A stretch of DNA of 64,000 nucleotides from Octopus vulgaris (taxonomy: Eukaryota). A program made the translations under genes and the position numbers. Of the stretch, positions 13,208-27,273 are shown piece by piece. The notes under the pieces were generated by a model that was not told the DNA's origin, made no database searches, and saw only the letters and a list, made by a program, of their open reading frames with translations. How positions within the stretch are numbered: the first letter of the stretch is position 1; every line of letters begins with the position of its first letter. The stretch lies in assembly GCA_951406725.2 (NCBI GenBank), contig OX597816.1, forward strand, positions 166,966,001 to 167,030,000, read 5' to 3'.

Positions 13208-13788
13208 ATAGATACACACACACATGTATGTATGTGTATGTGTGTGCGTGTATAATGAGTTACTGATGGAACCATGAATTAAAATTGTACACTACTTTTG
13301 AAGACTATTAACCTGGAGCCAAGCAAGACAAACAACTACTACTATCATTAAGGAGAGGGCCTCTACTAGGTTGCTCAGCCTGCTAGAAACAGCAGCAAAT
13401 GTCCTTCAAATTATACTCATTGTGAAAACCAAATGGCTATGCTATATAAGATACACCTACATAGGGGGTGGTCAGGGGTAGAACGATATGATAAATAGGT
13501 CTGTTCAGAGTTGACAAAGAACTAAACAACTACAACACCCAGGGTATTTACCCAACACCACCAACACCACCAACACTGCCGCCAACACCACCACTCCCTG
13601 TAAACACCTTATAACTGCTGACAATAGAACACATCGGTAAAATACCTTGACTGAATCCCTCAAGTATGTCCTACTACTCCCAAGAATGTCATCTAAGGCA
13701 TGCAGGATGAGTTCCGCACTCAATCTGCATGACTGAAAAACACCTTCCACCTCTCTCTCTTCCCCTATCTATTTGTCTGTCTGTCTAT

Positions 13789-13824
<36 letters not shown>

Positions 13825-14292
13825 TTACCTATCTATCTATCTCCTGCCCTCTCTCTCTCTCTCTCTCTTGCCCTCTCCGACAGGTGTAGCCCATATCAAA
13901 TGCAGCTGAGGCTCCAATTTTAATACTTTCCGCTGCGCAACAGGTCACGCGAGTCATTCGACACACATCACATGTTTTTGTGTGTATAGGAGTGTGCGCA
14001 TGAGTGTGTATGTATGTGTGTGTGTATTCAAAACACACACATATTCATCAGCTATGGTTTTACATTAAGTCAGGCAATTTCCAGTCTATTTAAAGATGTA
14101 GCAGAAAACCCAAACTATGTAGGTAAGAACACATTTTCATACACAGCCATAGATATGAGTGTGTGTGTGTGTGTGTGTAAATGAATAAACATATCTAAGT
14201 GAGAAAACTGGAGTCAACAAGAAGGGGTACAACAGAGAGAGATGTTCTCAAACCCGAGGATTTTAAACTTACGAAGGGAATATTTACATATA

Positions 14293-14671
14293 GGTGCAGG
14301 AGTGGCTGTGTGGTAAGTAGCTTGCTTACCAACCACATGGTTCTGGGTTCAGTCCCACTGTGTGGCACCTTGGGCAAGTGTCTTCTACTGTAGCCTCGGG
14401 CAGACCAAAGCCTTGTGAGTGGATTTGGTAGACAGAAACTGAAAGGAGCCCTTCGTATATATATGTATATGTGTGTGTGTGTGTGTGTCCCCCCAACATC
14501 GCTTGACAACTGATGCTGGTGTGTTTACATTCCCATAACTTAGCGGTTCGGCAAAAGAGACCGATAAAATAAGTACTAGGCATACAAAGAATAAGTCTTG
14601 CGATCGATTTGCTCAGCTATAGGCGCTGCTCCAGCATGGCCACAGTCAAATGACTGAAACAAGTAAAAGAG
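14293..14671 (+). mobile_element. SINE family B, full length
   Basis: tRNA-like head, GGCACCTTGGGCAAGTG core and tail. Confidence 0.85.
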
Positions 14672-14999
14672 TATATCGCCTGAAGAATCACAACTAGATC
14701 TCATAATACAAGGAAACGGTTACATAATCAAGTACCTGCACTCCTGAAGAACTACGTTGTGTGGAAACAATTGTAATGATTAAAAAATAAATGTCCAACC
14801 TTACTCCTTGTTGACTTCAATTTTTTCAATTATCTATACACACACAACAAATGCCCAAATGTAAGCCTGGAAGTATGTATAATACTACTACTGGATAGCA
14901 CAGGGTAAATCCAAAGGTGAATGAGCTTTACACTGTATTCTACTATGTTCTTAACAGAATATACCATAAATGAATAGATAGATAATATATATATATATA

Positions 15000-15392
15000 G
15001 GCGCAGGAGTGGCTGTGTGGTAAGTAGCTTGCTTACCAACCACATGGTTCCGGGTTCAGTCCCACTGCGTTGCACCTTGGGCAAGTGTCTTCTACTATAG
15101 CCGCGGGCCGACCAAAGCCTTGTGAGTGGATTTGGCAGACGGAGTGTGAAAGAAGCCTGTCGTATATATGTATATATATATATGTGTGTGTCTGTGTTTG
15201 TCCCCTTAGCATTGCTTGACAACCGATGCTGGTGTATTTACATCACCATCACTTAGCGGTTCGGCAAAAGAGACAGATAGAATAAGTACTGGGCTTACAA
15301 AGAATAAGTCCCAGGGTCGATTTGCTCGACTAAAGGTGGTGCTCCAGCATGGTCGCAGTCAAATGACTGAAACAAGTAAAAGAGTAAAAGAG
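15000..15392 (+). mobile_element. SINE family B, full length
   Basis: Same head and core as the previous copy, with tail GTAAAAGAGTAAAAGAG. Confidence 0.85.
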
Positions 15393-15564
15393 TATATATA
15401 TAGGATAGTGGTACAACAAGGCACCAATATTTACTGGAAATAGCAGACGATAATATAGACCGCTATAGTAAAGCTTCACTGTATATATATATATATATTG
15501 GCAAAGACGTTTGCAGGAGGTGAAGATAAAAAATTTCATCCTACCTGTAGGAAGAACATTAAAT

Positions 15565-15640
15565 AATCTAGGACCTAGGTTTCGAACTTTCCAAATTACG
15601 TTTGTTAATGTAAATTTGATCAGTTTTCTTCAGCTAGATT
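15565..15640 (-). ncRNA. Hammerhead ribozyme (type I)
   Basis: Minus strand reads AATCTAG-CTGAAGA-aaact...agttc-GAAA-CCTAGG-TC-CTAGATT: perfect 7-bp stem I, palindromic stem III and GUC triplet. Confidence 0.8.
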
Positions 15641-15662
15641 CACGTAGACAAAATTTCAAATG

Positions 15663-16089
15663 TTGCTAATGTTTCTGCCAGCTCGCTGCAATTAAAATAT
15701 TCTTTTCTACTCTAGGCACAAGGCTCGAAATATTGGGGGAGGGATCCAGTTGATTAGATCGACACCAATACGTAACTGGTACTTAATTTATCGACCCTGA
15801 AAGGATGAAAGACAAAGTCAACCTCAGTGGAATTTGAACTCAGAATGTAAAGACAGATGAAATACCACTAAGCATTTAACCCTGCATGCTAACGTTTCTG
15901 CCAGCTCGCTGCCTATAAAATATTCTTTTCTACTCTAGGCGCAAGGCCCAAAATTTTTGGGGAGGGGACCAGTCAATTAAATCGACCCTAGTATGCAACT
16001 GGTACTTAATTTATCGACCCCGAAATGATGAAAGACAAAGTCAACCTCTGTGGAATTTGAACTCAGAACGTTTCTGCCAGCTCGCCACC
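15663..16089 (-). mobile_element. SINE family A tandem array (variant tail ...CCTAGAGTAGAAAAGAAT)
   Basis: Two units plus a head fragment. Confidence 0.75.
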
Positions 16090-18977
16090 TTTTTCCAGGT
16101 TTGATATTACAACATTAACACCTTCTACTCTACCTCATGTCAGTGACTGCTTACATGATCAGAATTTGAAGGTAACACCCAACTTTAACTGGAGCTAGTA
16201 ATAAAATAAACTAGCATAATTTTACTGTATATATTGAAATACTTTAAGTTGGTGTGTTCTATATTTTTTCTCTTTATGCTGTTTTTTTCTCTTCTTTAGA
16301 CAGGAAGAGAAGCTAAGAACATTGCCTTTTTCCATTGTTGCACATTAAATGTCATTTTGTCAATATATTAAGCATAAAATAATTTAAATATTTCAATTTT
16401 CTATGCATGAAGTTATTACCAATTTGAACTCTGTTCTCTGTCAACGCCCACGTGCGTGTCTATACTATGCATGTATGTTTTGATATTATTTAAAATTCGT
16501 CTGTTTCCACTTCCTGCTTTTTGTACAGCACATGTACAGAATTTAAGATGGATCTTGTTAGGGCCTGAAGCCAAGTCACATAATTTGACTAGTTTTTACA
16601 TATTCAAATGTAAGACAATGGTAAAAAAAAAAATGTATTTTTTAAAGGAAAGAATTTGTTTTTTTAAATTTAAATTATAATGCCAGGTGGTGCTATTAAG
16701 TTAGACATGACCTGGGCCAATACTGGCCAAAACCTTTCTAAGTTATAATGCAAACTTAAAACTGTTTCTTTTCCATCCAAACTTCCTTCTGTGCCGATGT
16801 GTACTGGGGGTATTTTTATGATAAGATGATTATATAGACTCAACTGGCATTATTATCATAAAGGTAACAAGCTGGCAGAATCGTTAGCACACCTGGCAAA
16901 ATGCTTAGCAGCATTTTGCTCATCTTTACATTCAGAGTTCAAATTCCACCAAAGTCAACTTTGCCTTTCATCCTCTTGAGTTTGATAAAATGAGTACCAG
17001 TTGAGCACTGGTGGGGTCAATGTAATTGATATACCCCACTCCCTCCAAGTTACTGGCCTTGTATCAAAATTTGAAACTGTTATTGTTATTATTATTAAAT
17101 ATCTTAATCAGGACACTAAGGGCAGTGGACTGCTGAAGTCATAAGAGAATTGGTAAAATACCACTTAAAAGCACCCAATCCACATGGAAAATTGGTTGGT
17201 GTTTGGGAGGGCATCCAGCTATAAAAATCTTGCCAAAACTGACCTTGGTTGTGCATGTGCCACATAAAAAGCACTACTCACCTCACCTGTGCTTGTGCTG
17301 CATAAAAAGCCCTGAGTCCACTCTCCTTAGTGGTTGTTGTTAGAAAGGGCACCCAGCTGTAAAAATCCAGCCAAAACAGTCACAGAAGTCTGGTGTAGGC
17401 TTTGGCCTGGCCAGCTCTTGTGGTACCATCCCACCCATGCCAGCATGGAAGGCGGATTTTAAACGATGATGATATTTGATGAATTTTGACACATACAGAC
17501 AATACACGTTCACAGAGTATTGATCAGCCCAGGAGCTTCTTAGGGAACCACATAGTGGAAGTAAATTCAAAACCACAAACCCATATATACGTGTCTGCGT
17601 GTGTGTTTCATACATATATATGGTAAAGTTGTCAAATATATACACAAACAATAACCTCTGGTACAAAAACAGAAGGGTCTACATAGCAACAATATGGTTG
17701 ACTCGCCAAACGTCTACGAGAATTCTAAAGGATGGTAGTTTATGGTTTATAAAATATACCATAAAATGATAATTGTCATCTACAGAATCACAGCTTACCC
17801 CACTGGTTCATCATCATCATTATCATCATAACTTAACGTCCATTGGCCATGCTGGCATGGGTTGGATGGTTTGACCACGGCTGGTAAGCTGGAAGGCTGC
17901 ACAAGATTCCAGTCTGATTTAGCATGGGTTTCTATAGCTGGATGCCCTTCCTAATGGCAACCACTCTGAGAGTGTAATGGGTGGTTTTATGTGCCACCGG
18001 CATGGGTGTCATTTGTGTGGCACTAGTATCTGCCATGACTGCAATTTTACTTGGCTTGATGGGTCTTTTTCCCAAGCATGATATAATGTCAAAGATCTCA
18101 GTCATTGCCTCCCTGAGGCCCAACACTCGAGAGAAACTCATAAATTAATACTTACTCTCCATATGTGGAATCCCCAAATGACTGCAAAATTTCTAAAGCG
18201 TGTTGTTTTATGTCTATGAAATATGTCATACAATAATGATTTATTCAGTTTCATTGATCTTAGTCATCACTTATGCAAATGATGGTTTATTTGTAAATTA
18301 GGTGGATGTAGCATGTAGTGTATGCATGGTCCTATTTGTTTTGTACTGAAAATAATTGTTTTAACATCCCCTTTTTCATGCTTGTATGGGTCAGATGGAA
18401 TTTGTTGAGGCAGATTCTCTACAGCCAAATACCTTTCCTGTTGCTAACGTTCACCTGCTTCCAAGTAAGGTAATATTCCCCCATAGTCAGACATGTTTTT
18501 CATGAAAGAATAGAAACAAAGACACTATGAGCACTATGGTGATAGTCATTTATGACTATCATGTGAGGTAAAGGTCAGGAGATATAGTAACACACACTCA
18601 CACATACATATATATCACTTGACCATATGATTGACCAAACTATCAGGCATTGTTATACATCACTGGTTACAATGCACTTTGCATCATTTTAACTTCTATA
18701 TTATGCCAACCTGTTGGCTACGGACTGTGGGGTCATATGTCTTTCTGCTGAGTGGTTGGTGCTAGGAAGGGCATCCAGCTGTAAAAATCCTGCCAAAATA
18801 ATTACAGAAGTCTGGTTCAGGCTTCTGTTTGGCCAGCTCCTGCCAAACATGCCAGCATGGTAGGCGGACATTGAAAGATGATAGTGATGATGATAATGGT
18901 GATGATGATGATGATGATATATATATAAAACATTGCCAAAACTGACCTTGCCTGTGCTTGGGCCATGTAAAAAGCTC

Positions 18978-19051
<74 letters not shown>

Positions 19052-19678
19052 TACATACATACATACGTACATACGTACATACATACATACATACACACAT
19101 ACACACATACATACAAACAAACAAACAAAACAGACAGACACACACACACGACGGGCTTGTTTCAGTTCCCGTCCATCAAATACTCTCACAAAAGCTTTGG
19201 TCACCCCGGGACAGTATTGGAAGACATTTGCCCAAGGTGCCACGCAGTGAAACTGGACCCGGTTGGGAAGCAACTTCCTACGACATAGTCACGCCTACGG
19301 TTATATCTCTGCCTACCTAGCTAGCTATGTGTTTATATAAAGCACTCACGCGAGCACACACACACACACACACACACATAAAAGTTCATACATACATACG
19401 TAAGTACATACCATTAATAACCAGCAATTACAAAGGATATAACTTTCTATTTATATTTTCCTTTCTCAAAACCCTTATCTGACTCAATCTATGTAAGTTT
19501 GTTGGCAAGAGAAACAGTGCCTGAACTTTGTATATATGAATGTGTTTATTGTCTGTATAATGGGTGTGTATATGTTTTAGTGTACATGTGTACGGAAGTA
19601 TACAGGATCCGTTCCACACAAATACACGCAAACAGAAAAATACATTCACACGTACCCGTATATATATATATATATATA

Positions 19679-19722
<44 letters not shown>

Positions 19723-20402
19723 AATATACATACATTTATACATATGCTAATGTTATAGATTTTCCAGGCTGGCTTATTATAAAAGAAATTCTCTTCTAAG
19801 TAGAAAACAATAAGGGAAAATGTACGAGAGAATTGATATAAAATAAATAAGTATTTATGGATGACAGAAAAATTGCTTAGTTGAATGAATAAATTATACA
19901 CGTTGTTGTATATATGGTTGGATAAAACAGACCGGGTATAAAAAGAAAACATATGTGTAAGACACTGTTGAATAGTTTCCTGCTCTCTGATAAGATCTCA
20001 AAGAACAGGCTAATTTATTGTGTATTTAATTTATTTATATTTTTATCTTTACAAATGCTTTAACGAAAGTCTGATAAAGTTTTATTAACGCGTTTTTGGC
20101 GGCCATTTTGTCCTTCGAGAAGCCATTTTATGTCTTGACAGACAAGTAACAAAAAGGTGTTTAAAATACGTAAATAAGTTACAAAAGTTGCAACAGTTGA
20201 ACTGAGCCATTGAAGCAAATTAAATTCCTTTCTTCGTTAGAGTCATCCTGTCTGTTAGATGGTACTTTTTTTTCTTTTTACATATATAATGCTTGTCTTA
20301 TTCTTAAACTGACTTAAGTACACTAAACAATGATAGCCGGTTGGGTATTCACTAAAAGCTGGATATTCGCCGATTTATGTATCTTTATGGATATATTTTA
20401 TT

Positions 20403-20454
<52 letters not shown>

Positions 20455-20837
20455 AGGTATTCGTAAATGTATCTAATTTTCTGTTGGTAAATAGCGTGAA
20501 AGCATGAGCGTATATACGTGTATGAGTGTATGTAGGATGCATACACATTACATTAAGTGTATACGTGTGTGTAGGTATTCGTGGATTTATCAATATTTCT
20601 ATATGTAAATATACAACTTGTATGTATGAATATGTATATGTGGAGGATATATAAAGATAACATTGTGTAATATTAGCGGGTAAAGAGAATAAGGAGAGTA
20701 GAAAAAACAAGGAGGAGGAGAAGAAGAGGAAAAATACGAAGAAATGAAAAAGATGAAAAAAGAAAAAAATAATAATAATACGTTGAAGTGTGGAAAACGC
20801 CTTAACTTTTAGCCTCACTTTATAATATATACATATA

Positions 20838-21109
20838 CTAGACTCACTACCCAGCGTTGCTCGGTAACGTATTCACGGAATTGTTTGCCATTTTGTAGAA
20901 TGGGAATTCACGGTACTTATGCATGTATATATATTTAGCCTAATTTCTAGACTTATTTAATCGGAACTATCCAAACAATAGTAATCAATTTACATGAGTA
21001 GAAGCCGTTTTTTAAAACAATTTTTATCCTAAAAATCACCTGTTACTTTTGTTTTAAAGTGAAAGAGAGGAGAACGTGAAAGATGTATGAACGTGTATAT
21101 GAAATGGAC

Positions 21110-21156
<47 letters not shown>

Positions 21157-21760
21157 CCACTTATACATAAGAACACACACACCACACACACTCTCACACG
21201 TCCATGCACACGTACACAAAAAAGATGTACGACAACGCACCCCTTCACTCTCTCTTTTCTCTCTCTATCTTCCTCCCTCTCCTCCTCTCTTTCACACACG
21301 TCTATTTCATATACACGTACATACATCTTTCATTTTCTCCTCTCTTTCACTTTAAAAATAAAAGTAAATGAAAAATTTTTTTGCAAAAATTAACGAACTC
21401 CGGATGATGAAATCACATTAAGTTAAAAATATTTCTAAATGATTAAAATGTTTTTCTTAAAGAGCGCGAAGACTATGTGTGTGTGTATATGTCACAGATA
21501 GCGGACGTGTGTTTGTGTTGATTGACAAGCCATGACATTCATGTGTGTATTCTGTTTGTGTGTTGACGTCATGGAAGCCATGTATTTTTCGTCAATAAAT
21601 AAAAAAAATTGTGTTTAATCGTTTAAATAGAGGTCCTTGTACTACACTGCCGAAGGTAAGTATGAAAATAAATATGCAAAAAGAATTAAGATAAAATATA
21701 CCATTTCTGAGATATTTCAGTTACACACAAACATCCCTAGAGTTTTAGAATTATCAAGAT
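20838..21760 (-). mobile_element. Helitron-like non-autonomous element (far boundary uncertain) containing an internal inverted repeat 21043-21367
   Basis: Minus-strand 3' end CCGAGCAACGCTGGG hairpin...CTAG|T. The internal IR arms are TAAAGTGAAAGAGAGGAGAA / TTCTCCTCTCTTTCACTTTA. Confidence 0.45.
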
Positions 21761-22548
21761 GTTTATTCGTGTGTGCACAAGAAATGTAGTAAAAAGCGAA
21801 GGAAGATATCTTGAAAAATAGACTTGTCAGAACGTGGGAGAAATAATAGAAAATATTTTTAAATGTTTAAAATTTTTTTTTAAAAAACACATTCAGCATA
21901 ATTGTATTGGTTAAATTTCGTAATGTCGAAAACTAGAATATATAAAAAAGAAAAAGTTGTCCCCTAAGGGTTCATAGTCCTGGAAACTATTTGACGGTCA
22001 TATTAGTGCTGGTGACATGGCGACAAGAAAAAATCACCCAATACAAGCTATGAAGCAGTTAGTGTTAAGAAGGGCATCAAGCTTTGGAAACTACGCCAAA
22101 GTAGATATTGGAGCATGATGCAATTCGTGGACTCTTCAATTCCTGTCAGACCGTCCAGTCAATGTCAGCACGGAACATGAACGTTAAATGATGATGAAAA
22201 AAAAAAAAGAAGAGGGTGGAAAAAAATACGATTATCCAGTTTGAGGAGATTGTAAACAATCAATAAATGGTCAACAGGAAAATGCAAAGAACTTTAGCCA
22301 TTAGATGTTGCAAAAATTGTTGTAATAAATCAGTGTTATGCAAATTGAGATATGATTTGAGTGACTTCTCTCATGTTATGTCTGTATTTTGCTGGTTTCT
22401 TATTTATTTCGTCTTTTTCCATCGTCCTAAATCACATTTGTTTACTTTCGTGTGTCCACTCCGTATTGTTTTGCTTGCTCTCGGCCCCATATTCTCCGCA
22501 ATTTTTGCGGACACCACCAATATGGGAAGTTCTCAGTTTTATCATTAG

Positions 22549-22942
22549 CTAGCAGTATCGCCCGGCGTTGATCGGGTGTGTTTTGACCCTTTAGAATTGG
22601 AATTTTTGAAAAGTAAAAAATTTGCATTATGTAGCTTGTTATTCTCTTTAAGTGAACATTTTTCTGGTTGAAATGCACCGAAAAATGGCGACACAGCAGT
22701 AAAAAAAATCGTTAAAAAATAGGGATTTTCATAGAAAAAAAGCACCTTTTTGATGTAAATAATTTTTGGTGTTAAAATGGTCCGATTTGAATTTTTTCTT
22801 CTACGGAAGGAAGAGCAAGCCTTCTTCTATCATACTCTCAATTTTGATCAACTTGCGCCGCAGGGTCTCGGAAGAGATAGTGTTAGTTGAAGGATATCAA
22901 ACCTGCCATACACAGACGACTTCAGTTTTATAAATATAGAGA
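22549..22942 (-). mobile_element. Non-autonomous Helitron
   Basis: Minus strand begins A|TCTCTATATTTATAAAA and ends CCCGATCAACGCCGGG hairpin + GATACTG-CTAG. Confidence 0.65.
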
Positions 22943-23245
22943 TAGTGTGAAACTGAGTATTACCAATTAGTTGACAACTGATGAAGAATTAGGGACCTTC
23001 CGTGTCTGTCTCCCGTTTCTTATATATTTTAACAACTTATAAATTGATGCGTTTTATGGGACTTCTTTTCATAAATTCACCACACATCATATACAAGTAT
23101 TACTTTCATATCTTCGCAACTTTACGCCTGTAAACTCCCAGCAAAATATGAAGAATCAACATTAGAAATCCTTTTTGGAAACCTCTAAATTAAAGGACGA
23201 ATCTACATTCAACCTTTTTAGACCTATACATATATATATATATAT

Positions 23246-23310
<65 letters not shown>

Positions 23311-23454
23311 TAGATATAGCCGGTTGATGGGGTTACCCGGGGTAACCTCATGAACCGGCCATATCTATCTTTATCTGTATACTCTACTGTTGTATAACTT
23401 AGAGTGTGCTTCTTTTTCGGATTTATGATTTACTGACGATAGAAGGAAACGGAA

Positions 23455-23908
23455 TATGGATTTGGTATTAGTCTTTATTCAGTACAGCGATTGTTTCGAC
23501 CCCTCCTGCGACTGTTCTTTATGAGCGAGATGGTGTGCATCCAAATGTGTTGCATCGATCAGCGCTGTCTGGGTCACATCAAGTACATGCATGCATAAAG
23601 TGGTGTCCCGCTAAATATATTGAGTTCTTGCAGTCATGTTGATGTTTTGTTTGCTCGCTGTACCAGCGAATGGGTCACGATTATTTTATTATGACTATTT
23701 AATATAAGGACAACTGTAGCTAGCCCCCATTCGCTGATACAGCGGGAAAACAACATGACTGCGAGACTTCAAAATATTTAGCGGGACACCACGATGTGAC
23801 CCCAGGCTTCACCACAATTGGATGCACAATATCCCACTTATAAAGGACAGTCGCAGGAGGGTTTGAAACGATCGTCTTAGTGATTAAAGACTAATATCCA
23901 ATCCATCT
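23455..23908. repeat. Imperfect ~450-bp fold-back with degenerate HHR in both arms
   Basis: Minus strand: GTAC-TTGATGT-GACCC...GGGTC-GAAA-CAATCG-CT-GTAC (23482-23586). Plus strand: GAAACGATCGTC near 23865. Inner IR is GTGGTGTCCCGCTAAATA / TATTTAGCGGGACACCAC. Confidence 0.65.
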
Positions 23909-25203
23909 TCTGCTTCCTGCATCGATTATTATCTCAACTAACACTGCAGAATTCCAGAAGTAGATCCAGCGGGAATATACCCCAAACGTGGATGACATCA
24001 GGTAGTCTGAACTATGAACGTGCTTTACACAACACACTAATTGACACTAATACTGATTAGTCCAAAAAATTACACACACACACAAACACACATGATGGCT
24101 GTCCACTTATGACCAAGGTAGACCATCACAGACCATTGACCTTATTGATGACCATGTTTTTATTTATTTATTTATGCGCCCCGAAAGAAAGAATATCATT
24201 GGTTAAAATTCGAATTTTTAAACAACGTTAAACTTAGAAATTACAATTCCGTTTCCATTTTGGTTTACAATTATGTTTTCTTTTGACACATTCTACCAGT
24301 ATACGAAGTTTCAAATTGTTTAGTTAACTAGGAAAATCTGGCTTTCAAAAAGAAAAGATCCGCCCTTTTTGAAGCCTAACCAGCCTCACGGGCCCGATTT
24401 CCCGGTTTCTGTGGCGTATGTGTTCCCCCAGCTGGACGGGACGCCAGTCCATCGCAGCGTTACTCAAGAACCAGGAAGAGAGAGTAAGAGAAAGTTGGGC
24501 CGAAAGAGTACAACAGGGGTCGCCACCACCCCCTGCCGGAGCCTCGTGGAACTTTTAGGTGTTTTCGCGCAATAAACACACACAACGCCCGGCCTGGGAA
24601 TCGAAACCGCGATCCTCCGACCGCGAGACCGCTGCCCTAACCACTGGGCCATTGCGCCTGCACACGGCCATGTTTTAATGATACTTAAATGCTTGTGGAA
24701 TGTGACATGATGGTCAGAGCCGAAACCACTTTTGATCATAGACATACCAGATCAGAGTGAACCTGGGGCTAAAAACAACAAGATCCCTTTTTTTACTGCA
24801 ACACCTGGCCTTTATGTATTCCTCACGCAAAAGAGGGGTGGGTAGGTAGGTGTCGTGTTCCTCCCTTCCATCTCTACTCCCATCCCACCGAGAGATTTCT
24901 ATCTGAAATAAAACATCGTAACATTAACCCAATGAAAACTGGGTTAATACCTTCGTAAAATGTTTGTGGGGAAAACAACTGAAATCAGACGTGTTTTGGT
25001 TTACAACAACAACAACGACAAAGACAGCAACAACAACAACAGCAAAAACAAGTGTCAACAACGGTAGAAAGGCTATAAATAGGTGTGCGTGTCTGTTTAT
25101 GGTTATATTTGTGTGTGTGTATGTGTGTGTGTAAGTGTGAATGTGTGTAAACGTGAAAGTGTGAAGATTGTATGTGTTGGTATGTGTGAAGATTGTATGT
25201 GTT

Positions 25204-25248
<45 letters not shown>

Positions 25249-25557
25249 ATGTGTGTACGAAACGTTTTGAAAATATACGTGAGCGAGAGAGGGAAGGAGA
25301 GAGAGACAGTGGTTGTATTATGTGTATGTGACGAGGCTGGCCCTTTCGAATTACAAGTACAACTTGACATCTGAGTGGACTGGAGCAATGTGAAAAAAAG
25401 TGTGAAGCTCAAGACCCCAGCGCTGCCAATTATCGAACTCATGGCTTTACGATCGTGAACCGAATATTCTAACCACTAAAGCACTCACCGAATACCCTTC
25501 CCTAAGCCATGTGTCTTCCACCATAAGCCTCTGTTATTCGTGAGTGGAATGAAGGTC

Positions 25558-25984
25558 GGATCTTATCGGTTTGAACGGCAGTTTTTAACATAATTTCTAG
25601 GTAACTAAAAAATGTTAAACTTCGTATACTGGTAGAATGTGTTTATAAAACATCTTTTTCTCTTGGCTTTATTGAGAAAATTCTATAGTTTGTAAGATAT
25701 TTGTTGTTGTTTATTCTTCAATTTCTGCAATTTCAACCAACCAGTGATGTCTATTGAGTTAAAAATCATTCTGTGCCGTATGACTATACCCCTCATTTAA
25801 GAAACAGATTGGGTTTATTTACATTTGTGAAGAAAAAAGATACCCTTCTCCCCACCCCTAACCCTAACTAAATTTAACCCTAAAACAGATTGAAATGCAA
25901 TAGAGCGATACTAGGGTCATAATTATGGGTGATAATTTCATATGACACCGCTAGAAAAAACTGCCGTTCAAACCGAAAAGATCC
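25558..25984. mobile_element. MITE with GG-terminal TIRs and 8-bp TSD (Merlin-like)
   Basis: GGATCTTATCGGTTTGAACGGCAGTTTTT / AAAAACTGCCGTTCAAACCGAAAAGATCC, with TGAAGGTC at 25550-25557 and 25985-25992. Confidence 0.8.
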
Positions 25985-26343
25985 TGAAGGTCTCTTCACA
26001 GTGAAGACCTGACCTGAACGTTTGCCACAGAGCATAAAGATCCGGAATAAATACAGGAAAGTACCTGACCCCAACAAGACAAAAGACAAAGCTGATTTGA
26101 ACTCATCGCTGTATGGTAAGAATTTTTTCTACCCAACCACATGGTTCCTGGTTCAGTCCCACTACGCGAAACCTTACGCAAGTATCATCTACTATAGCGT
26201 CTTACACAGCAAGGCCTTGTGCGTGGATTTAATAGACGGAAACTGAAAGAAGCCTGTCGTGTGTGTGTGTCTATCCTCCTCCATCACTTGACAACTGGTG
26301 TTGGTTTGTCAACGTCCTTGTAACTTAGAAGTTTGGCAAGTCT

Positions 26344-26566
26344 TGGCAGAAACGTTAGCACACTGGACGAAATGCTTAGCGGTATTTCGTATGCCGTTAC
26401 GTTTTGAGTTCAAATTCCGCCGAGGCCGACTTTGCCTTTCATCATTTCGGGGTCGATAAATAAAGTACCAGTTACGCACTGGGGTCGATATAATCGACTT
26501 AATCCCTTTGTCTGTCCTTGTTTGTCCCATCTATGTTTAGCCCCTTGTGGGCAATAAAGAAATAAG
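26344..26566 (+). mobile_element. SINE family A inserted in a family-B SINE (~26110-26665)
   Basis: Family A consensus interrupts the family-B 3' half. Confidence 0.75.
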
Positions 26567-26661
26567 ATTAAAGTGCTAAACTTAATAAAAACTACTGGAT
26601 CAATTTGCTCGAGTAAACCCTTTAAGGCGATACCCCAGCATAGCCGCAGTCTAATGACTGA

Positions 26662-26710
<49 letters not shown>

Positions 26711-26791
26711 TCCCGGGTTGATTCGGGGTTAACCACAGTAAGTAAGGTACTCAATACATAGCAGAGTAAAATTAATTTATTATATAGAAGG

Positions 26792-26842
26792 AGCTTCTAC
26801 AGGACTAGTACTGTTTCATTCAAGAGAAATCTTCAGGAAGCT
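26792..26842 (-). ncRNA. Hammerhead ribozyme at PLE 3' end (left arm)
   Basis: Reverse complement of 34303-34353. Confidence 0.75.
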
Positions 26843-27214
26843 ATTTAACAAGAATTGTATTAGCATTTATACATTTAGAGGAGTGGTGGTGGGGGACTTT
26901 TTGGGGGTAGGCATAGCGCAAAATATCATACTTGGGGGAGTGGTCAAGGTAATAAAAAAAAATAAAAAAATAAAAAATAAAAAAATAAAATAAAAGAATA
27001 AAAATAAAAAATATAAAAAATATAAAAAATATAAAAAATATAAAAAATATATATAAAAAAATATATAAAAAAATATATATATATAAAATATATATATAAA
27101 ATATATATATAAAAAAAGGGGGAAAGAGTTATAGGTAAATAAGGAGATTCTCACTTATACCTATACACACATGTATACGTATCTACACACACATACGCAC
27201 ATACACATATATCT

Positions 27215-27273
<59 letters not shown>

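Noticed and set aside
14678-14780. Tandem CTGAAGA...GAAA motifs (second with CAATTG-TA)
   Set aside because: Stems I and II cannot be formed convincingly. This may be a decayed HHR pair and was not counted.
22975-23010. CTGATGA (also CTGAAGA ~48150 -, CTGATAA ~56515 -)
   Set aside because: No downstream stem II-GAAA could be found in register.
25855-25883. Telomere-like CCCTAA repeats
   Set aside because: Only three interrupted units inside a MITE.
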